In this document: positions 14,301 through 26,369 of the stretch, in pieces
Numbering within the stretch: the stretch's first letter is position 1
How the letters are laid out: every line of letters begins with the position of its first letter
DNA from: Octopus bimaculoides
Lineage: Eukaryota
Direction: 5' to 3'
NCBI RefSeq assembly: GCF_001194135.2
Contig: NC_068997.1
Coordinates: 5,106,258-5,170,257, forward strand
DNA: 64,000 nucleotides
Translations under genes and position numbers: made by a program
The notes under the pieces: model-generated
The model's database searches: none
What the model was told of the DNA's origin: nothing
The model's input: the letters and a program-made list of their open reading frames with translations, nothing else

Positions 14301-17300
14301 GAATTTTCCATCAATGTTTCTGTTCCAGTGAACTTTATTTGAAAATGAGATGGCAAAGTACGGAAAAGAAAGGACGAATCTAAGTTATTGTAAAGCACTG
14401 GCGAAAAAATAAAGGAATATTGTTAAGGCATTGAAATATATTAGCATTTCTAGAACAAGCACAAGTTTTCAATTTTGGTGATTGTAGTAAAGTTAATAAT
14501 CAGCTTCGGTATTTGGTACTTAAGTTTTAATGACCTTTGGGAGGAATTATAAATGTAAAGGGAGATAGCTGTAACAAGCTCTTTAGTACAATGCTATACA
14601 TTTTCTGTAAAACTCTGGCAATAATAATTTCTTCTAATTTTGGTACATGGCCAGCAATGTTAAGGGTGGGTGGGGGGCAAGTCGATTACATCGACTCCAG
14701 TACTTGACTGGTACTTTATTTTATCGACCACAAAAGGATGAAAGGCAAAGTTGACTTTGACAGAATTTGGACTCAGAATGTGAACAAATACTGCAAAGCA
14801 TTTCCAATCCAGATGATGATGTTGCTGATGTTTCTGACGTAGGCACAAGACCACAAATTTGGTGGGAATGGTTAGTTAATTAACTCGATCCCAGTACTTG
14901 AATTATACTTTGTTTTATTGACCCTGGAAGGAAGAAAGGTAAAGTTGATCTCTGCAGGATTGTGAAGCACCTCAGCTAACCACAAGGTATTTTGTTCCAT
15001 GCTCCTTATGATTCTGCAAGTTTATTGTTTGAATGTTTGTTTGCTTAGACACTGTATGTGTGCAATTGTGTTTTGCAGTAGGTTTTATGTTTGTTTCTCT
15101 ACTCCAGCTGCCAACTTGTGAACGTCAGAACAGTCTTGATAATTGGTGGAGAGAAATCAGTGGTTCTTTGGAAATGACTACAGCTGGCACCAGTGCAGAT
15201 AATTCAACTCATTGTCCAGAGCTCATTCAAAATGCAACACTTCCAATTCCATCTGGTGACATTGGATGTGGAAATAATTTGAACACAAGTGAGTATTATT
15301 AATACTTTTGTATTTTTTTTTTAAACAATAATTGTTGTTTAACTTCAGGTCAACCGTGATGCAGCTGGTCTTTGATCAGAGGCATTCCAACTGTGACCAT
15401 CCTAATGTCTTTTTTTTTTTTTTTTTTTTTTTCCAAATACAGAACTTTTATTTATATGTTCTCTTATTTTAAACAATAAGTGTGATTGGAGGTAGATTTG
15501 GCTGTTATTTCTAGCAAGTTAAGCAACTTTATAGATGTTCACTCATAAGATTGTTTTAATAGTGATAGAAACTATGAGCAAAGACACAACATAAGTGGTT
15601 GAGTGTCAGAAACCTATTCTGTAGTATATAGTTACATATCATTTTGTTTCAGCAAAGTAAAATAGGGAGGCAAGATGAATCAGACTTGAAGGTATTAGGC
15701 CCTACAGATGAGATTATGCAGGATCAAGACAAATGGGGTTGTGGATTCTTCCAACCCATAACATTATGAAGAAAACTGACTTTAAAACAGTAATTATGGT
15801 AGCAATGTTGATAATTAGACTCACAGTGCAAAAACAAGGGAATATCAAAATTTCATGTTAATTTAGTTTCTAAACACCACCTCAATAATAAGTTATTTTA
15901 CTAAATTCTTCATTATTTTCAAAATTAATTGAAACAGACATAATATCTCAACAGGAATATGGCAACATAAGAGTTAAACTTAACTACTACGATTCATCAT
16001 GCTTTACTCTCATCTCTTCCACAAGAACCAGCATCCTGAAACTAAAACTTGTTCCATTTATGAATATTTTCCCCAATTTTTTTTTTCCTCTTGTGGAAAG
16101 ATACAATAAGTCCACCTCACAAAAAAAAACTGTTCTCATAACTTTAAGATCTTTTTTTTTTTCTGTATGTTTTAACAACTCTGTTTTCCCCTTAATTATC
16201 TTAATTATTTGTTACTCAGACCGCCACACACAGGGAAATCTATTGAGATCTTTATCTATATCTCTCTCTCCCCTATCTATCAAGGTCTAAATGCTTCTGT
16301 ATCAACTGCAAACTGCAGCACAGCCATCAACAACCACAGTTCCTGTAATCCACCAGAATGGGACAACCAAAACTATCTCTTCCCGAATATGACCACCAGC
16401 ATCAATGAAAGTGAGTCCATGATGGAGATGGAGAAGATTTTACCAGCATTACAACAGAACATGATGACAAACATCGACTTACCCAATATAACTGAAGGTA
16501 GAGCCTCTTTGAAGATCATGCTCTTTTACCTGCATTCACTTGTTCTGTTTCCTTCTCTGATATATGTATATATTAGATTTCCAGTCTAGCATGTTGTATG
16601 AATGTGTGTGTGTTTGTGTGCAAATGTGTGTGTGTGAGTGTATGCATATATTTCTCTTTCCTCTTTTCTTCATCTGTTCATCAGTCTATATCCAGTCCCA
16701 TCCATGATGATGGGACAGACAGGCAACTGTCATGCAGTAACTGGACATTTGATGTTACAGTTTGGCTGATTTATGAATGCTACTATCCAGGCTGTATTGA
16801 AAGCTGCAATATTCTATTGTTCTATTCAGCTGGGGTGAGGTAGTCAACATTAGTCAATTGTATACCAATTCATGGCATCAAAATATCAAAAGAAAATAAA
16901 CTAGAACACAGGTATGTCTATTGACTTTACAATCCTGCTGTCAAATTCTCCTCCATGGCTAAGGAGGAAAAATTTATACTATGGTGTGGATTATTATCCT
17001 ATGGTGTGGATTATTAACACCTTTAGAATATATCTGCTTTTCCTGTGTTGCATGGGTTGAATGAGATTTTTCTAGTATTGTGTATTGCCACTTATTACAA
17101 TCCCTTATCTCTTTGATAAAGTTCAACCTCTTAAGATTAACTTCCATAAGAATTGTGTGAAAGAGAAAGAGCAAGAAAGACATGAGAAATGAGTTCGTTG
17201 AATACTAAGTCCTTAGTCCCTCTTTTTCTATATCTTCACTCTATTATAATCCACACTTTATTTCCAATATGCCTATTTACACTAGATCTTTACTATATTT

Positions 17301-19326
17301 TGATTGGTTTGTTATTACTGTTTCTTTCCATCCTTCTTTCTCTATTTCAGTTTGATATATTTTATATATTTCCTTATTCCTATATTCTTCTAGATCTGGT
17401 ATCTTTCGATGATGCCAGTAGAGACTCAGCTGTTTGTTCTTTGGCCAGTTCTGCTTCTCCTCTACAGGTACTTTTTTTATATTTATTCTTTTACTTGTTT
17501 CTCTCATTAACAGTTGCCATCATGGGGTGCCATTCCGAAAAGATTTCTACCCGTATCATTGACCCCATGCACCACTTATTACTCTTTCTAATATTAATCT
17601 AAAAAGAATGAGAAACAATCTGAATAGGATTTGAATGTAGGACTTAAAGGGACATAAAGCTATTTTGCCCAACATCCTACTGCTTCCAACACACGGACTG
17701 AGTATTTTATATGTCAGTTCTTACGAACTAATACATGAGTATGTGTATATGTGTCTGGTAGAATCATTAAAGCATCAAAGAACATGCTTTGCAGTATTAT
17801 TCTCGGTCTTTTTGTTCTGTGTTCAAATACCACCAAGGACAACTTTGCTTTTATTATTATTATTATTAATGTAACAAGCCAACAGAATTCAAAGTCGGCC
17901 AAGTTCAACTTTGCCTTTCATCTTTTTGGAGTTGATAAAATAAGTACCAATTGAGAATTGGGGGTCAACATAACTGACTTTGCCCTGCCCCCAAAATTAC
18001 TGGCCTTGTGCTAAAATATGAAACTTTATTATTATTATTATTGCAAGGATAGTGAGCTGGCGGAAACGTTAGCATGCTGGACAAAATGCTTAATAGCATT
18101 TTGTCCAGCTTTACATTGTGAGTTCAAATTCTGCCAAAGTCAACTTTAACTTTCTCATACTTTTGGGGTCGATAAAATAAGTACCAGTTGAGCACTGGGT
18201 CAATGTAATCGATTCCCCCATGCCTCACCAGTATAATGAGGTTTTGATGTTTAACTAGATGCCTGTAGTGAATGTATATGGAAGGAATTACAGAGAGATT
18301 GTACTTTATAGGAGAGGTTTGGGGACAGTAAGACAACAGGCATTGCAGAATTGGTACTTCAGAATCATTTTAGTAATGGTAAAAGTGATGTAGATAGATA
18401 AGACAGCGTTATTTGTGTGGTAGGAGTTGCTGGTGTGGTAGGAGTTGTTAATGTATTGGTTTGGTTGTAGTGTTATGGTGATAATGTGATGTGGAAGTGG
18501 TTGTTGGTGTGACATGTTAATTGAAGTTTTGGTAAAGACCCAGAACGGTGTGAGTTGAAGTGGGGAGAAAGGATCTTCAGACAGTGGGTCTCACAGAAGA
18601 GATGACGAGACTGAGACTTCTGATGGTTTGCTGTGCTTGAGAAGACATGTCAAGCTAAGTAAAATTGTGGTTGTCTTCACATACAGGCATGTCCTCTACA
18701 CCCCTCTTCAGCTGAGTGATTCTAATTTTGCAGGGTTGTGGCTGCCAATACCACATAAAATGCACCCATGTTCTATGTAAAAGCAATCAGTACACTCTGT
18801 AGATTGATTGGCATTAGAAAGAGCATCCAGCTGTAGAAACCATGCCAAAATAGACATGGAACCCAAGCAACTCTTCAACTGGCCAGCTCCTGTCAAACCC
18901 CTACCAGTATGGAAAACAAACGTTAAATAATGATGATGATGTTATTTCGGATGCAAATACAATTGTATTAATATTATGGTGAGGGGAGTGTCTATATAGC
19001 GACTAGAGATGGCTAGAAATAGTTATCAAATCTCTCTCACCAAACCATGCCATTTTAAAAAGAAAGAGCAGCTTTGATAATGTAATCATTGATATACTAC
19101 ATGAGAAAAATAATATGGAGTGGTCATGGCTAGAACACCTTTGACCTTTATAGAGAACACATACCCAGAAATTTATAGGAACAACAGTGTAGAATATCAG
19201 TTCTGAATAACTAAACTTTGTTACATATAAACAGTACTATTTCTCCAGTGTGTAAACCCAAATGTGTATGTGTGTATGAACTTTTAGATTTACACACAGG
19301 TGAAATAGTGTATGTGTGTGTGTACT

Positions 19327-19358
<32 letters not shown>

Positions 19359-20446
19359 ACATGCATACACTCACATATACACATAGACATCCATACATAA
19401 AATCCTATCATTTCTTATATTATTATAAATGTTATCTATGTTATCACCTGTATTAATTTATGTCCTCTTACGAAGATATTCCACAGGAGCTACCACACAG
19501 CTCTGATAAAAATGATAATAAAGAAATTTAGATTTTTTAAAATACATTTATGCATGCTAAATTAAGAAATACCTAATTTTTATCACATTTTTTATTATTT
19601 AAGGAGTTTAATGAGTTTTCTGCATACGACCAACTGGAAGGTGCGACCGGTGGCAGTGACTATGACAGCTGTAGTAGTGGCTGCAAATCTGTGAAACTGG
19701 AACCAAACACCTACTACTGTAGCTATGACTCTATGAGATATGGCCAACAGGCGGCTAAGCTCAATCAGTCAACATCTTCAAATGACACTGACTTCAACTA
19801 TCATCCAAGTAACACAAACCACATTCTACACAACCATACTTACCCACAGCAACCTCAAACACAGAACATTAGTTATGAGCCTTCAGTATCAAGTATTTCT
19901 AGGAGTGAAACCTACAGCAGCAGTGCCACCATCCCTGCCTACCACAGAGGTCCAACTTCAAGAGACCATAAGCGTCTCCAGGAGTTGAAAGTTCCTTTAA
20001 GTATGAACCAGATAATCAATTCCTCAGTTGAGGAATTCAATGATTTGGTCCGAAAATACCCGTTACCTGAGCCACAATTAAGGCTCATTAGGGATATACG
20101 TCGTCGAGGCAAAAATAAAGTGGCAGCACAGAATTGCCGAAAAAGAAAGCTTGATATTATTGGTACATTGGAGGAAGAAGTAATCCAGATGCGCCAGGAG
20201 CGTGACAGATTGCTTCGCGAGGGGAGCCTAATTCATAAACAGACTAGGGAGATGAAGGAAAAATATAATGTCCGCTATCATGAAGTGTTCAGGTCCCTCC
20301 GCGATGAGTATGGCAACTCCTATGATCCACAGGAGTACTCTTTACAACAGTCCAGTGATGGTAATGTCTTCCTAGTACGCAAAAGCCTCACTTCAGATGA
20401 GAAAACTATGGACTCTAATCGAAAGAAAAAAACTGATGAGAAATGA
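2..20446 (+). CDS. NFE2L1/NFE2L2: CNC-bZIP transcription factor (Nrf1/Nrf2/CncC ortholog), 5'-partial, 9 exons, about 783 aa in window
   Basis: Exons 2-334, 10076-10207, 11005-11104, 11525-11727, 13559-13831, 15108-15288, 16285-16497, 17394-17467, 19604-20446 all have GT-AG boundaries and compatible phases (0,0,1,0,0,1,1,0), totalling 2352 nt. Motifs: [14 protein letters not shown] (DLG), DIETGE, LEGATGG, HNHTY, SRDHKR..LKVP, and bZIP RDIRRRGKNKVAAQNCRKRK. Confidence 0.95.
2240..2975 (+). mobile_element. decayed RTE-type non-LTR retrotransposon RT fragments
   Basis: MQFGSVPGRSTTDAIFLVRQLKE at 2505, then a KILVNRK/HKKCSRIT segment homologous to the copies at 44.7 kb and 54.7 kb. Confidence 0.75.
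2980..3100. repeat. (TG)n/(TA)n compound microsatellite (largest of many in the window)
   Basis: Read directly. Confidence 0.95.
4004..4873 (+). mobile_element. internally deleted maT/DD37D-like Tc1-mariner element
   Basis: Broken transposase VWQQDSVPCHTS...WPPNSPDCNPLDYYVWGAVE...RLEAVVEANGNFIE; degenerate TIRs (T/C)AGGGTG at 4004-4010 and CACCCTG at 4867-4873; embedded in (TA)n. Confidence 0.85.
5160..5340 (+). mobile_element. RTE LINE ORF2 fragment
   Basis: LEVVDSFCYLG...RIRIGWAKFRELLPLLATKGL. Confidence 0.75.
5770..6090 (-). mobile_element. tRNA-derived SINE (family also at 42700 + and 60215 -)
   Basis: Reverse complement matches 42700-43015 (tRNA-like head, ttgagcaagacactttatttcacgttgctccagttcactcagctgtagaa core). 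Confidence 0.75.
7745..7910 (+). mobile_element. tRNA-derived SINE followed by (TA)n
   Basis: A-box-like tggctgtgtgg, B-box-like gggttcagccc, body ...ggtagacggaaactgaaagaagcc; diverged copies at about 8420, 23520, 28680, 43150, 59270, 60890. Confidence 0.75.
8836..9024 (-). mobile_element. piggyBac-like TTAA MITE (partial)
   Basis: Ends ...gaatgctaaaggg TTAA; reverse complement of the copy at 12282-12505. Confidence 0.75.
10076..10207 (+). CDS. NFE2L1/NFE2L2: CNC factor DLG-degron exon
   Basis: ttgtag|GAC CTT GAT...; [44 protein letters not shown]|gtaggt; 132 nt, phase 0-0; not in the ORF track. Confidence 0.95.
11005..11104 (+). CDS. NFE2L1/NFE2L2: CNC factor exon ending in DIET-G
   Basis: ttttag|CAA AAA...GAA ACA G|gtcagt; 100 nt. 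Confidence 0.92.
11525..11727 (+). CDS. NFE2L1/NFE2L2: CNC factor exon completing ETGE, contains Q10
   Basis: ttcag|GA GAA TGG ATT CCA...TTA TTG|gtaagt; 203 nt. Confidence 0.92.
11602..11631 (+). repeat. coding (CAA)5(CAG)5 polyglutamine
   Basis: Read directly in exon 11525-11727. Confidence 0.95.
12282..12505 (+). mobile_element. piggyBac-like MITE with TTAA TSD
   Basis: TTAA CCCTTTAGCATT ... AATGCTAAAGGG TTAA perfect 12-bp TIR; other copies at about 29300-29470 and 60008-60200. Confidence 0.85.
12502..12720 (+). mobile_element. second TTAA-CCC MITE family abutting the first at a shared TTAA
   Basis: Begins TTAACCCTT; body homologous to 57143-57347 (ends aaaagggttaa), 15840-15985, 40360-40600 and 7080-7290 (-). 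Confidence 0.65.
13559..13831 (+). CDS. NFE2L1/NFE2L2: CNC factor exon (NSTLEEALQTL...HSQST)
   Basis: ctcaag|AAC...TCT ACT|gtgagt; 273 nt, phase 0-0. Confidence 0.88.
14655..14810 (-). mobile_element. SINE with conserved ttcatccttt..ggtcgataaaataaagtaccag domain (MetaSINE-like)
   Basis: Same family at 14865-14990 (-), 17880-18000 and 18045-18220 (+), 5350-5440 (+), 46820-46920 (-); superfamily name recalled from memory. Confidence 0.6.
15108..15288 (+). CDS. NFE2L1/NFE2L2: CNC factor exon (SLDNWWREISGSLE, Neh5-like acidic/Trp helix)
   Basis: ctccag|CTG CCA...ACA A|gtgagt; 181 nt. Confidence 0.88.
16285..16497 (+). CDS. NFE2L1/NFE2L2: CNC factor exon (NST-rich)
   Basis: tcaag|GT CTA AAT...GAA G|gtagag; 213 nt, phase 1-1. 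Confidence 0.88.
17394..17467 (+). CDS. NFE2L1/NFE2L2: CNC factor exon with DSAVCSLASS (Neh6/beta-TrCP-like degron)
   Basis: ttctag|AT CTG GTA...CTA CAG|gtactt; 74 nt; required to convert phase 1 to phase 0 before the last exon. Confidence 0.85.
17880..18220 (+). mobile_element. two adjacent copies of the MetaSINE-like family
   Basis: caactttgcctttcatc..gataaaataagtacca motif occurs twice, separated by a (TTA)n tail. Confidence 0.65.
18550..18940 (+). mobile_element. RTE LINE 3' end (end of ORF2 + 3'UTR + (GAT)n tail)
   Basis: gctgtgcttgagaagac...catccagctgtagaaacc...acgttaaataatgatgatgat. Confidence 0.7.
19604..20446 (+). CDS. NFE2L1/NFE2L2: CNC factor terminal exon (CNC + bZIP + Neh3)
   Basis: tttaag|GAG TTT AAT...; extends track ORF 19691-20446 upstream by 29 codons; stop TGA 20444-20446. 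Confidence 0.97.
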   Translation, partial: EFNEFSAYDQLEGATGGSDYDSCSSGCKSVKLEPNTYYCSYDSMRYGQQAAKLNQSTSSNDTDFNYHPSNTNHILHNHTYPQQPQTQNISYEPSVSSISRSETYSSSATIPAYHRGPTSRDHKRLQELKVPLSMNQIINSSVEEFNDLVRKYPLPEPQLRLIRDIRRRGKNKVAAQNCRKRKLDIIGTLEEEVIQMRQERDRLLREGSLIHKQTREMKEKYNVRYHEVFRSLRDEYGNSYDPQEYSLQQSSDGNVFLVRKSLTSDEKTMDSNRKKKTDEK

Positions 20447-23400
20447 AAATTATCATTTCAAAAAAAAAAAGAAAGAATTGGATAACAATAATAGAAATAT
20501 AAGAAAAAATATGTAAGCAAATAAATATAAACAAAGAACAAAAGAAGTTTTGGGGCGGGATTTTGCTATTCTCTTAGTTTAAAAAGAAAATTTCACCCCC
20601 ATTTATGTTAAATATTAACTATTCATTGCCTTTTGATCTTGTTTGGTGAACAATTCCCAAATAGTTTTTGGTATCATTTGTTTTTTGTTTTTTTGTTTCT
20701 GGTGGGGGTTTGATTTATAAAAAAAAATCTTTTATAATCATTTGTTAATTTTTACCATCCATTGTTTTTTTTTCACACGTATTTTGTTTCCTTACCATCA
20801 GTTTTTCAATTCATAACTTCTATGAGTGTGTGTGTGTTTGTAATATTATATATATATAATATATATATATATACACAAACACATATACATACATGTTCAT
20901 TTGTTTTATGTTAAATTCAAAATGATTACTTTCATTGTTTTTTTTTTGTTTTTTTTTTTCCAGCAACATTTTTTAATATTATTCTTTTTGTCATTTTAAC
21001 ATTTTCACCCCACCCTTTTACTTAACTTAAAAATAAAGAGAAAAACATACATGCAAAATTTTAAATCTTCAATTAACCAGCATTATAAACCTGCAGAAAT
21101 TTCTCTTTTTAACACTTCAATTTTTTTTTTTTTTTTTTAATTTAACTAACTACCATGCAAGATTAATTAACTTATTGCCAAACCAATTAGGAAACCTCTA
21201 CAAAGTCATTCTGCCTGCTAAGCATGGCTGCCAAATCTCTCTCAAATCATATCCTGCTGTAGGACAGGCACACATAGACTTTTTAATAATGTTTCTAGTT
21301 GGAACATCTTTGATCATAGCTCTGCTTGTTTATTATTGACATGGGGACAAAGAACATCACAGTTATTAAGTCGTTAATTAATTAGGAAATTATTTCTCAA
21401 ATCATCTTAAACCTGGTTCTGTGTGTCTTTGAGCTGAACACAAATTCAGTAGTTAAATTTGATACAGCTTAATTAAGAAAAGTAGACAGTTTGAAACTGA
21501 AATAAAGTATTATTTAATTTAAAAAATATGCATTGTGTAGGAGTAGTGTAATCATCATAAGGAAAAGAATCCTGTTTTTTTTTTAATAATTAATAAGGAA
21601 GGAGTTTCTAACTTAGATAGTACAAGGCAAAAAATTTATAGGTAAGAGGTATGGTTGATTGAACTAAACCATGACATTACTGGTATCTAATATTATCAGC
21701 CTCTTAAATATCAAATACTGGTGTCAGGTGTGAACTTAGTTACTCAATGTTTGATAGGAAGCTGTATGTTGTTAAGTTGTTCTCTATCACTTCTGCTATT
21801 ACACCAACAACAATAATTATAATACTGCTGCTGCTTCCCTATGTTACCAACCATTTCAGATTAAAATCCTACCAAAATCAACTGACTTTGTATTTGATTC
21901 ATTTCCGTTGCTAAAGTGTGTAGGGGCCAGGATTGTGATTAAGATACCAGTAATACACTGGGTCAAAGTAGTTAGCTAAATTCTTTGTTTTAAGGGGGGT
22001 GGAAAGCAAAATAAATTGTGTATATTAACAACCCATTAAAATTAATATCTGTCCAGTGAGCATTTAGGATTAAGTACTACAGTGAAAGGTAAGGGTCATT
22101 TGGTGGGGAGAAAGGCCTAAAAGGATTCATTTTTTTTCTTTTTAATTATTTCTATTTTTTATTTTTTTTTGTTAAATCATTCTAATAAACTTCATACATT
22201 TGCATGGGAAAACTATTCATTCCTGTCCATGAGGAGATAAGGCAGTGCTGTTGCCCTGTGAGTGTGTATGCATATACATTTTGTGTGTGTGTGTATATTA
22301 TGTTGGTTTTGACTTTGACCTATGTGGTGTTGAAAATACACACAGCCCTATATGTCAGCCTGATTAACTGTTAATTTGTTCCAAAACTCACACATTTCAT
22401 TGTCTGAAAAAACATGGATTAAAACAAATGTCAGCTTACTGAGACCATGCTTAATCCAATCTTTAAAATACAACACACTCAGTTGTACTGATTCCCCCAC
22501 CTCTCTCTCTCTCTTTTCCACTGTTGTTGAAATCTCTGCTCTTCTGAATAACAACAACTTTGTATATTTTTCTTCCATTCCTATTCAGTCTCACTTTCCA
22601 TCATCGTTTCTTTTGGCTGTGCCCTCTACTACATTGTTTCCCCCCCAGGCTCCTCTATAACTTATCAAAAAAATGTATGCACTACCGGTGGTTAGAAAAA
22701 AAAGTATTTTTAATATTTCATAATTACATACTTGAAAAAATATCTATACTAAGGCATTGGAATAGCGCCTTACTGTAGCAAACAATGCTTGGCTGGAGCG
22801 ACTGGTTTCACTAGGCTGAGTATAGATATAGCATGTTTGCTGTAAAAAGAAAAAGGTTTTCACAATTCCAGGTCCCACTAGAAAATATATATTTTGGATT
22901 CCATGCCCCATCACAATTTTCTCAGGCTCCACCAGTGAGGCATATACCCCACAAAGAGAATTCCTGCTTTATTGTGTCACCATTTCTTTCTTGTCTCCTC
23001 TCCCCACTAGTCTCTCTTCCCAGATCTGATACTCAGCACTTCACACCCAGTTCTGTTTTCTTTCCCACAACAGTAACTGTCTGGAGAATCTCTCCTTGTA
23101 CGTTTATATTTCTGATCAACATCAATCTACTGATATACTCCAACTGAGCATCAACCATGTCATTGATCTTCATTTAAATGAATTATTTAAAATAAACTTG
23201 GGCCAAAATGAACATTGCAAACCTTGAGGCGCACATTCCTTTTTTTTTTCTTTTTTGCAGCCTTGGGGGTGCATTTCTTACACTCATTCCTTTAACATCC
23301 ACTTTTATATGCTTGCACAGGTCAGATGGAATTTGCTGAGGTAGATTTTCTAAGGTCGATGCTCTTCCTGTCACCAACCCTCAGTTGTTCCCAAGCAAGG

Positions 23401-25814
23401 AAATATTTCCCACAGCTAGGCATGTTTTTCTATGGAAGACTGGAAATGAACATCATTTGTATGACAATGATGCTCATTTACAACCATCGCATATCTAGCG
23501 AAGAGTACATACATACACATGACAATCTTCTTTCAGTTTCTGCCTACCAAATTCACAAGTATTTGGTCAAGTAGCAGACATTTACTCAAGCTGCTGCACA
23601 TTGGGATTGAACTAGAGATCACATGGTTGGGAAGTAAGCTTTGCAACCAGTCATGTCTACCTTTGTGTGTGTGTAAAATCTGTTTTAAATATAAATGGAT
23701 GTAAATGTATAAAGCTTTGGAACAACTCAAGCATTAGTTGATCTGGTGTATTTTCAACACTATATGTATGCTTGTAGGTGTGTGTGTGTGTGAGATTCAT
23801 GTTTGTGTATGTACACACGTACACAACTTATGTGTATACATGGTTTTTTTTTTTTTTTTTTGGTTTTTTCCATGCTTCATTATTTCATTTAGTTCTCTTC
23901 TCTTAATTAAAATAAGCCTTTATTCTTTGTTCAGCCTGACTCACAAGTCTGAGTAAACACTTTATTCTGAATTGGATTCAATCAGTAAGGCAGTTTGTTC
24001 ATTGGGAAACAAAGTGTAAGGGAATAAATTAACTGAATCTAAATTAGATTTCTAATTAAACAAACCAGCCTATCAACATTTGAAATCCTCCAGCTCATTC
24101 AATTAATTCCATCTGTTAATTATACAACTTACTTGATTTCACTTGATCCATTGTTAAAATGATTTATTATTATTATATACCTCTTTATTTTTGTAAAGAA
24201 GTTTCTCTTGTCAACTTGTTTCACCACATGGCTTGGTCAACCAACTAGCGCCGTCCCAATCCAGACCCTACCGTAACACACATACTTCTCTACACAACTT
24301 CCTCCACACCAACTAACCATGCAATCCTACCTTCCTTTTCCACAACCCTGAACTACAAAAACATTCTGAAGCTTTGATCACTGCCCCAATCCCTTCCCTT
24401 TATTAAAGATTAACTGAGGTAACATCACTTCATTTAATATCCCCATGTTTTTACCCCTTCCCAACCCCATACTACACTCTTCACTCTCAGAGAAGAGACT
24501 AAATAAACTTCAAGTACTGCAACTTTCATCTTCTAACTAACAATAAAAATATACATATATACACACACACAAACAAACTACATGTATTAATATGTATACT
24601 ATATTTAGATACTGTCACTATACTTTGATTATCAACAATACTATTGAGCTTCATTCATTGTCATTCATATAGTCTCACATTTCAAACTACTCATCAAACC
24701 TTGCACAACTTCACCCTCCACAAGTCCAGAAAAGGACCTGCTAATGCTATGAGCACTGTCCCTCTTTCTATGACCACATTATTATTAATAAAGAAAATCA
24801 ATTATAATACTAATATGAAAATCATTAACAATTTGTTGTTAATGATTGAACCATTGAAATGGTTATACTTGAGAAAGAATAAAGTAATTAAAAATATACT
24901 GTCAGGTTTTGTTATGTCTTTACTATGCTTGTTGGGGTTGGATGTCATATATGTATCTTCTTTTACTCATTTCAGTCATTGGACTACTGCCATGCTAGGG
25001 CAGTGCCTTCAAGGGTTTCAGTCAAACAAATCAACCTCATTACTTATTTTTTAAGACTGGTACTTATTCTATTTGTCTCTTTTGCTAAACTGCTAAGTTA
25101 CGGGAATGTAAGCAATCAAACATTGGGGAGGTAGATCCAAAGGCGTTCACACAGGATAGGCTTCCATCTACCAAATTATCGCAGGGCATTGGTCAACCCT
25201 ATAATACAAGACATTTGCCCTAGAAGCCTTACTGTGAGACTGAACCCCAAAACAAGAGTGCAAAGCAAATTTCTTAACCACACAGCCTTGTGTGCACTGT
25301 AGTAGTAGTAGTAGTAGTAAAATAAAATCACCATCTCATGTATCATACATAATGTATATACATCGAAGACAGGCAAGTTACTGAGATGTTCATCCATGTC
25401 TGTATGTATTTAAATATACACACAAGTCCCAGAGGTCAACTTTACTTTTCAACCTTCTCAGTTTAATGATCTAATGTTACTTGACAAATACTTGTACTTG
25501 AATCAACTATTCTTCTTTAGGTCCATTGGTGCCTTAAGTGACACATAGGGCAGTAAGTGATTGCCAGTTATCTCAGTCTCTGGCCAGCCAGTATGCTTCT
25601 TCCCAGATGGTATGCCTACAGCCAGTCCCACCATTGATCATTCTCAAAATGTCTTCTGTCCAATATCAGAAATCAGTAGAGCAACTAAATGCAAATGCTG
25701 TTGAGGATACAAATAGTATTGGTCAAGTACTGGTTAATCTCAGTAACTATACTCTTCCCATCAAATGTGTAACCATTTAAGTGTCAAATGATTTCAGGCT
25801 TTTTTTTTTTTTTG

Positions 25815-26045
25815 TGCGGGTGGCACATGAAATGCACCATTTTGAGCGTGGACGTTGCCAGTACCGCCTGACTGGCCTTCGTGCGGGTGGCACGTAAAAG
25901 CACCCACTACACTCTCTGAGTGGTTGGCGTTAGAAACTCTGCCAAATCAGATTGGGGCCTGGTGTAGCGATCTGGTTTCACCAGTCCTCAGTCAAATCGT
26001 CCAACCCATGCTAGCATGGAAAGCAGACGTTAAACGACGACGACG
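25815..26045 (+). mobile_element. young 5'-truncated RTE 3'UTR copy
   Basis: Reverse complement of the 40.8, 48.1 and 63.1 kb copies; (GAC)n tail. Confidence 0.8.
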
Positions 26046-26369
26046 ATCATTTTTCCAGTCTCCTTCATCATCATTTAACACATCTATTTTCCATGCTGGC
26101 ATGGGTTGGATGGTTCAACAGGGACTGGCTAGGCAGAAGACTGCACTAGACTTCCGACTGTTTTGGCAAGGTTTTACAGCTGGATGTCCTTCCTAACACC
26201 AACCACTTTACAGATGATGTTGTCATTAAGAAAAAAAAAAAAAAAAAGCATTTCACATTCATAAATTTGTCAGACTATCAAAAAAAATTTTTTAAATAAT
26301 AAAATTCCATCAGAGTTCAATGGATCAATACCTTGATCTTGTTTCAGTCAACAAAATTTTATACATCAG

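Noticed and set aside
17189-17602. Hydrophobic 137-aa ORF resembling a membrane protein
   Set aside because: T-rich intron sequence in frame with the real 74-nt exon; similar hydrophobic ORFs (13861, 44482) are compositional artefacts.
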